DNA of 64,000 nucleotides from an uncultured Pseudomonadota bacterium (GTDB lineage Bacteria; Pseudomonadota; Alphaproteobacteria; RF32; CAG-239): NCBI GenBank assembly GCA_949295995.1, contig CASFNK010000015.1, positions 6,473 to 70,472 of the forward strand, read 5' to 3'. Shown piece by piece: positions 60,777 to 64,000 of this stretch (position 1 is its first letter; each line of letters starts with the position of its first letter). The notes under the pieces were generated by a model. It saw only the letters and a program-made list of their open reading frames with translations, ran no database searches and was not told where the DNA came from. The position numbers and the translations under genes were made by a program.

Positions 60777-63293
60777 TTAGAGTTTAGCGGCAATTGCTTC
60801 AATTTCATAACACTCAATAAAGTCGCCGACCTGAATATCGTTATAGTTTTCAAAACTCATACCGCATTCATAGCCTTCTTTAACTTCTTTAACATCATCT
60901 TTGAAGCGTTTCAGTTGACCCAAGTTACCATCATGAATAACCACGTTATCACGCAACAAACGAACTTTTGCTCCGCGTTTAACCAGACCTTCGGTAACCA
61001 TACAACCGGCAACTTTACCCACACCGGTAATATTAAAGACGTTTCTGATTTCGGCATAACCCAGAATCTTTTCTTTCAATTCCGGAGAGAGCATACCTTC
61101 CAAACCTTTCTTAACATCATCGGCCACATCATAAATAATGGAGTAATAACGAATATCAACACCGTCTCTGCGAGCCATATCGCGAGCTTGCGGAATAGCA
61201 CGAACGTTAAATCCAATAATAAAAGCATTAGAAGCCTTAGCCAAGGTTACATCAGATTCAGAAATCGGGCCCACCGCCGAGTGCAAGATTTGAACACTGA
61301 CTTCATCTGTTGAGAGTTTATTCAAAGTACCCTCAATGGCCTCAATCGAACCTTGAACATCAGCTTTGATAATGACCGGCAGATGTTTAATTTCACCGGA
61401 TTTAATCTTATCAAGCATTTGTTCCATAGCCGATTTTGCACTCTTAACCAACTTCGCATCACGCTCTTTACGAATACGATAATTAGTAACCTCTCTGGCT
61501 TGGTTTTCATCAGCCACCACGGTAAAATCATCACCGGCGGCAGGTGTACCTTGCAAGCCCAAAACCTCAACCGGAGTAGCCGGAGCCGCTTCTTGAACTT
61601 TGTGTCCCATTTCGTTAAACATGGCACGAACATGTCCCCACTCTTTACCGGCAATACAAATATCACCGACTTTAAGGGTTCCTCTTTGAACCAAAACGGT
61701 AGCAACCGACCCACGTCCTTTTTCCATCTTGGCTTCAATCACCGTACCTTCGGCTGTTCTGTTCGGGTTTGCTTTCAAATCCAAAATTTCGGCTTGTAAC
61801 AAAATAGCTTCAAGCAATTTATCAATATTGATTCTCTTCTTGGCAGAAACCTCGGCACACAAGCAATCACCACCCAATTCTTCAACGGCGATTCCATGTT
61901 GCAACAAAGCGGTTTTAACCTTCATCGGGTCAGCCCCCGGCAAATCGATTTTGTTAATTGCCACAACAATAGGAACTTCAGCGGCTTGAGCATGGCGAAT
62001 TGCCTCAATGGTTTGCGGCATAATACCGTCATTAGCGGCCACCACCAAAACCACGATATCGGTAACTTTTGCACCTCTGGCACGCATTTCGGAGAAAGCC
62101 TCGTGTCCCGGGGTATCAATAAAGGTAATTTTATCACCCTTAGGCGTAACAATTTGATAAGCACCGATATGTTGCGTAATACCACCTGCTTCACGAGCGG
62201 CGACATTGGTTTCTCTTAAAGCATCAAGCAAAGAAGTTTTACCATGGTCAACGTGTCCCATAACCGTAACCACGGGAGCTCTCGGCAACAACTGGTCGGG
62301 AGTATCCTCAGCACCTTTAATGGCTTCTTCAACATCACTATCGGCCACACGTTTAAACTTGTGTCCCAATTCCTCAACCACGATTTGCGCCGTATCGGCA
62401 TCTATCGGTTGGTTAATGGTTGCCATAACCCCCAAAGCCATCAATTTCTTAATAACATCAGCGCTTTTTTCAGCCATACGGTTAGCCAATTCCTGAACCG
62501 TAATAATCTCAGGAATAATAACTTCTTTAACGACTTTTTCTTGCGGTTGAGCCGGTTGAACCGGTTTGGGCTGTTTTTTCTTAAAACGACGACGCGGTGC
62601 ACCGAACCCATAATCATCATCATCGTCATCATCAGCCCCCATAATATTATGGAGATTAACTTTTCCACTGCGACGCTGTAGCTCAAAACTACGTTTCATC
62701 ACCTTTTTGCGTTCTTGTTCAAAAACCTCTTCACGTGATTTTTCTTGCTCAGAAGAACGACGATATTTTTTGCTTGAGCTGATTTCTTCATCATCGTCAT
62801 CATCATAGTCGTCATCATAATCTTTAGACTTTTTATCTTTTTGACGACCAGATTTATCCTCACGCTCTAATACCGGAGCCGGTTGCGTCTTTATCTCTTT
62901 TTTAATTTCTTTTTTTGCTTCTTGCTTAGCTTTTTCTTTAGCTTCCTCTTCTTTTTTAGCTTCTTCTTCAGCCAACAAGACTTGACGAGCTTTTTCAGCT
63001 TCTTCGCGCTCTATTTGGCGTTGTTTTTCTCTTTCTTCCTCTTCTTGGCGGCGTTTTGCCTCATGCTCTTTAGCCTCGGCAATTAGACGCAATTTTTGGG
63101 CTGTTGCCTCATCAATTTTAACATTGCTTTCGGATTGTGTATTTGCGCCTGGGGTAATAACACGTTTTTTGCGTACTTCCACTTGCACAACTTTTTTACC
63201 GTCATGATTATGAATTTTGTCCCCTAAATTTTTCAATGTAAGGGTAGATTTTCCTGATAATGTTAGTTTATTTTTTGCATTATCTTCTGTCAT
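60777..63293 (-). CDS. infB: Translation initiation factor IF-2
   Basis: [25 protein letters not shown] and NKID G-domain; charged low-complexity N-terminal region. Confidence 0.95.
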   Translation of the reverse strand: MTEDNAKNKLTLSGKSTLTLKNLGDKIHNHDGKKVVQVEVRKKRVITPGANTQSESNVKIDEATAQKLRLIAEAKEHEAKRRQEEEEREKQRQIEREEAEKARQVLLAEEEAKKEEEAKEKAKQEAKKEIKKEIKTQPAPVLEREDKSGRQKDKKSKDYDDDYDDDDDEEISSSKKYRRSSEQEKSREEVFEQERKKVMKRSFELQRRSGKVNLHNIMGADDDDDDDYGFGAPRRRFKKKQPKPVQPAQPQEKVVKEVIIPEIITVQELANRMAEKSADVIKKLMALGVMATINQPIDADTAQIVVEELGHKFKRVADSDVEEAIKGAEDTPDQLLPRAPVVTVMGHVDHGKTSLLDALRETNVAAREAGGITQHIGAYQIVTPKGDKITFIDTPGHEAFSEMRARGAKVTDIVVLVVAANDGIMPQTIEAIRHAQAAEVPIVVAINKIDLPGADPMKVKTALLQHGIAVEELGGDCLCAEVSAKKRINIDKLLEAILLQAEILDLKANPNRTAEGTVIEAKMEKGRGSVATVLVQRGTLKVGDICIAGKEWGHVRAMFNEMGHKVQEAAPATPVEVLGLQGTPAAGDDFTVVADENQAREVTNYRIRKERDAKLVKSAKSAMEQMLDKIKSGEIKHLPVIIKADVQGSIEAIEGTLNKLSTDEVSVQILHSAVGPISESDVTLAKASNAFIIGFNVRAIPQARDMARRDGVDIRYYSIIYDVADDVKKGLEGMLSPELKEKILGYAEIRNVFNITGVGKVAGCMVTEGLVKRGAKVRLLRDNVVIHDGNLGQLKRFKDDVKEVKEGYECGMSFENYNDIQVGDFIECYEIEAIAAKL

Positions 63294-63320
63294 TATATTA
63301 CAATCTCCGTAACTTATATT

Positions 63321-63893
63321 TTATGAGTTCAAGAATTTATCAAGTTTTTTCAAATCGTTATAGACCATTTTAGCCATATCGTTTTTCAAAAATGCCACAT
63401 GCACCGTATTCACTCTGTCTAACGCCTTGTCTAACTCCTCAACTTCATACAACATAAAAACTTTCAAATCTTTTGCTAAAGACAACAACTTTTCATGTCC
63501 GTCTTCACCGGCATTTTTTGCCTCTAACAAAAAAGCGACCTTATCTTTTTTAAGAGCCTCAGCCACTTTCTCAAATCCGGTCAATAAATCACCGGCTTTT
63601 TTTGCCAAACAAATAGCTTCCAAACCTTTTTTTCGAAGCAAATTTTCAACCATCTCCAATAAATTTGATGGTAACTTCACATTTTTTTTGGTTGCTTTGG
63701 CAAATAAATTTTTCTCAATTACCATTTGAAGAGAAGACTTTGAACAAGCAACATATATTCCTTTTCCCGGCAATTTTTTCTTAAAATCGGGAACAATCAT
63801 ATTATCAGGGGTAATGGTAAAGCGGAGCAATTCTGCACTCTCCATAACATTTCCGCTGACAATATCTCTGCGTTCTTTATCTTCCTTCATCAA
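63321..63893 (-). CDS. YlxR(DUF448)/L7Ae-like fusion protein of the nusA-infB operon
   Basis: Position between infB and the expected nusA. N-terminal YlxR-like and C-terminal L7Ae-like segments, typical of alphaproteobacteria. Confidence 0.65.
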   Translation of the reverse strand: MMKEDKERRDIVSGNVMESAELLRFTITPDNMIVPDFKKKLPGKGIYVACSKSSLQMVIEKNLFAKATKKNVKLPSNLLEMVENLLRKKGLEAICLAKKAGDLLTGFEKVAEALKKDKVAFLLEAKNAGEDGHEKLLSLAKDLKVFMLYEVEELDKALDRVNTVHVAFLKNDMAKMVYNDLKKLDKFLNS

Positions 63894-64000
63894 TTCTCTT
63901 CAATCTCAAACAAAGGGAAACTCAGAGAGGAGAAACTCCTCCCTGATTTCCACGGTTGAACTATTCAAACCAATGAGCGCGAGCAGCCATAATTATTTTA

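Noticed and set aside
60522-62681. Plus-strand ORFs of 263, 148, 145 aa and others
   Set aside because: They are antisense to infB, a well-supported gene.
63961-64000. Possible 3' end of nusA (minus frame ending ...MAARAHWFE*)
   Set aside because: Only about 13 codons fall inside the window. Position and synteny make it plausible, but it cannot be supported from sequence alone.

Overview
This 64 kb window is AT-rich chromosomal DNA with alphaproteobacterial-type gene content and synteny. GC content was not computed and looks to be roughly 38-40% by eye, and the organism cannot be named from sequence alone. About 65 protein-coding genes are supported; no rRNA genes, CRISPR arrays, transposases or prophage genes were seen, and the one tRNA-like element examined was rejected.

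The housekeeping backbone includes the 5' part of htpG, a ferredoxin, typA, murJ, a NifU-family protein, an HD-GYP protein, gloB, and the mreB-mreC-mreD-mrdA-rodA rod-shape operon. It continues with miaA, a U32 peptidase, acyP, an AsmA-family protein, an RluA-family pseudouridine synthase, crcB, rarA, truA, recX, hslO, apaG, a CarD-family regulator, thyA, trmL and ychF. Two conserved ribosome-associated clusters are present but interrupted: rplY-pth-(insertion)-ychF and infB-rbfA-(insertion)-truB-rpsO-pnp.

Accessory or unusual content is embedded in this backbone:
- The most striking feature is a cassette-like array of six small N-terminally membrane-anchored proteins (50946-53698) between pnp and rplY. 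It is organised as four transcription units, each built as a hairpin terminator, then a TTGAC(A/T) promoter, then a gene. Three of these share a homologous 5'UTR, and two of the genes are clear paralogues.
- An orphan TraG/VirD4/DotL-family type IV coupling protein (30732-33068) sits next to a pentapeptide-repeat protein and a SPOR-domain coiled-coil lipoprotein.
- A stand-alone VirB2-like pilin candidate lies beside a long disordered K/E-rich protein.
- Two GT2 glycosyltransferases are inserted between pth and ychF, and a three-gene insertion lies between rbfA and truB.
- Two unknown proteins lie between truA and recX.

Many intrinsic terminators and several sigma70-like promoters were located directly from the sequence.
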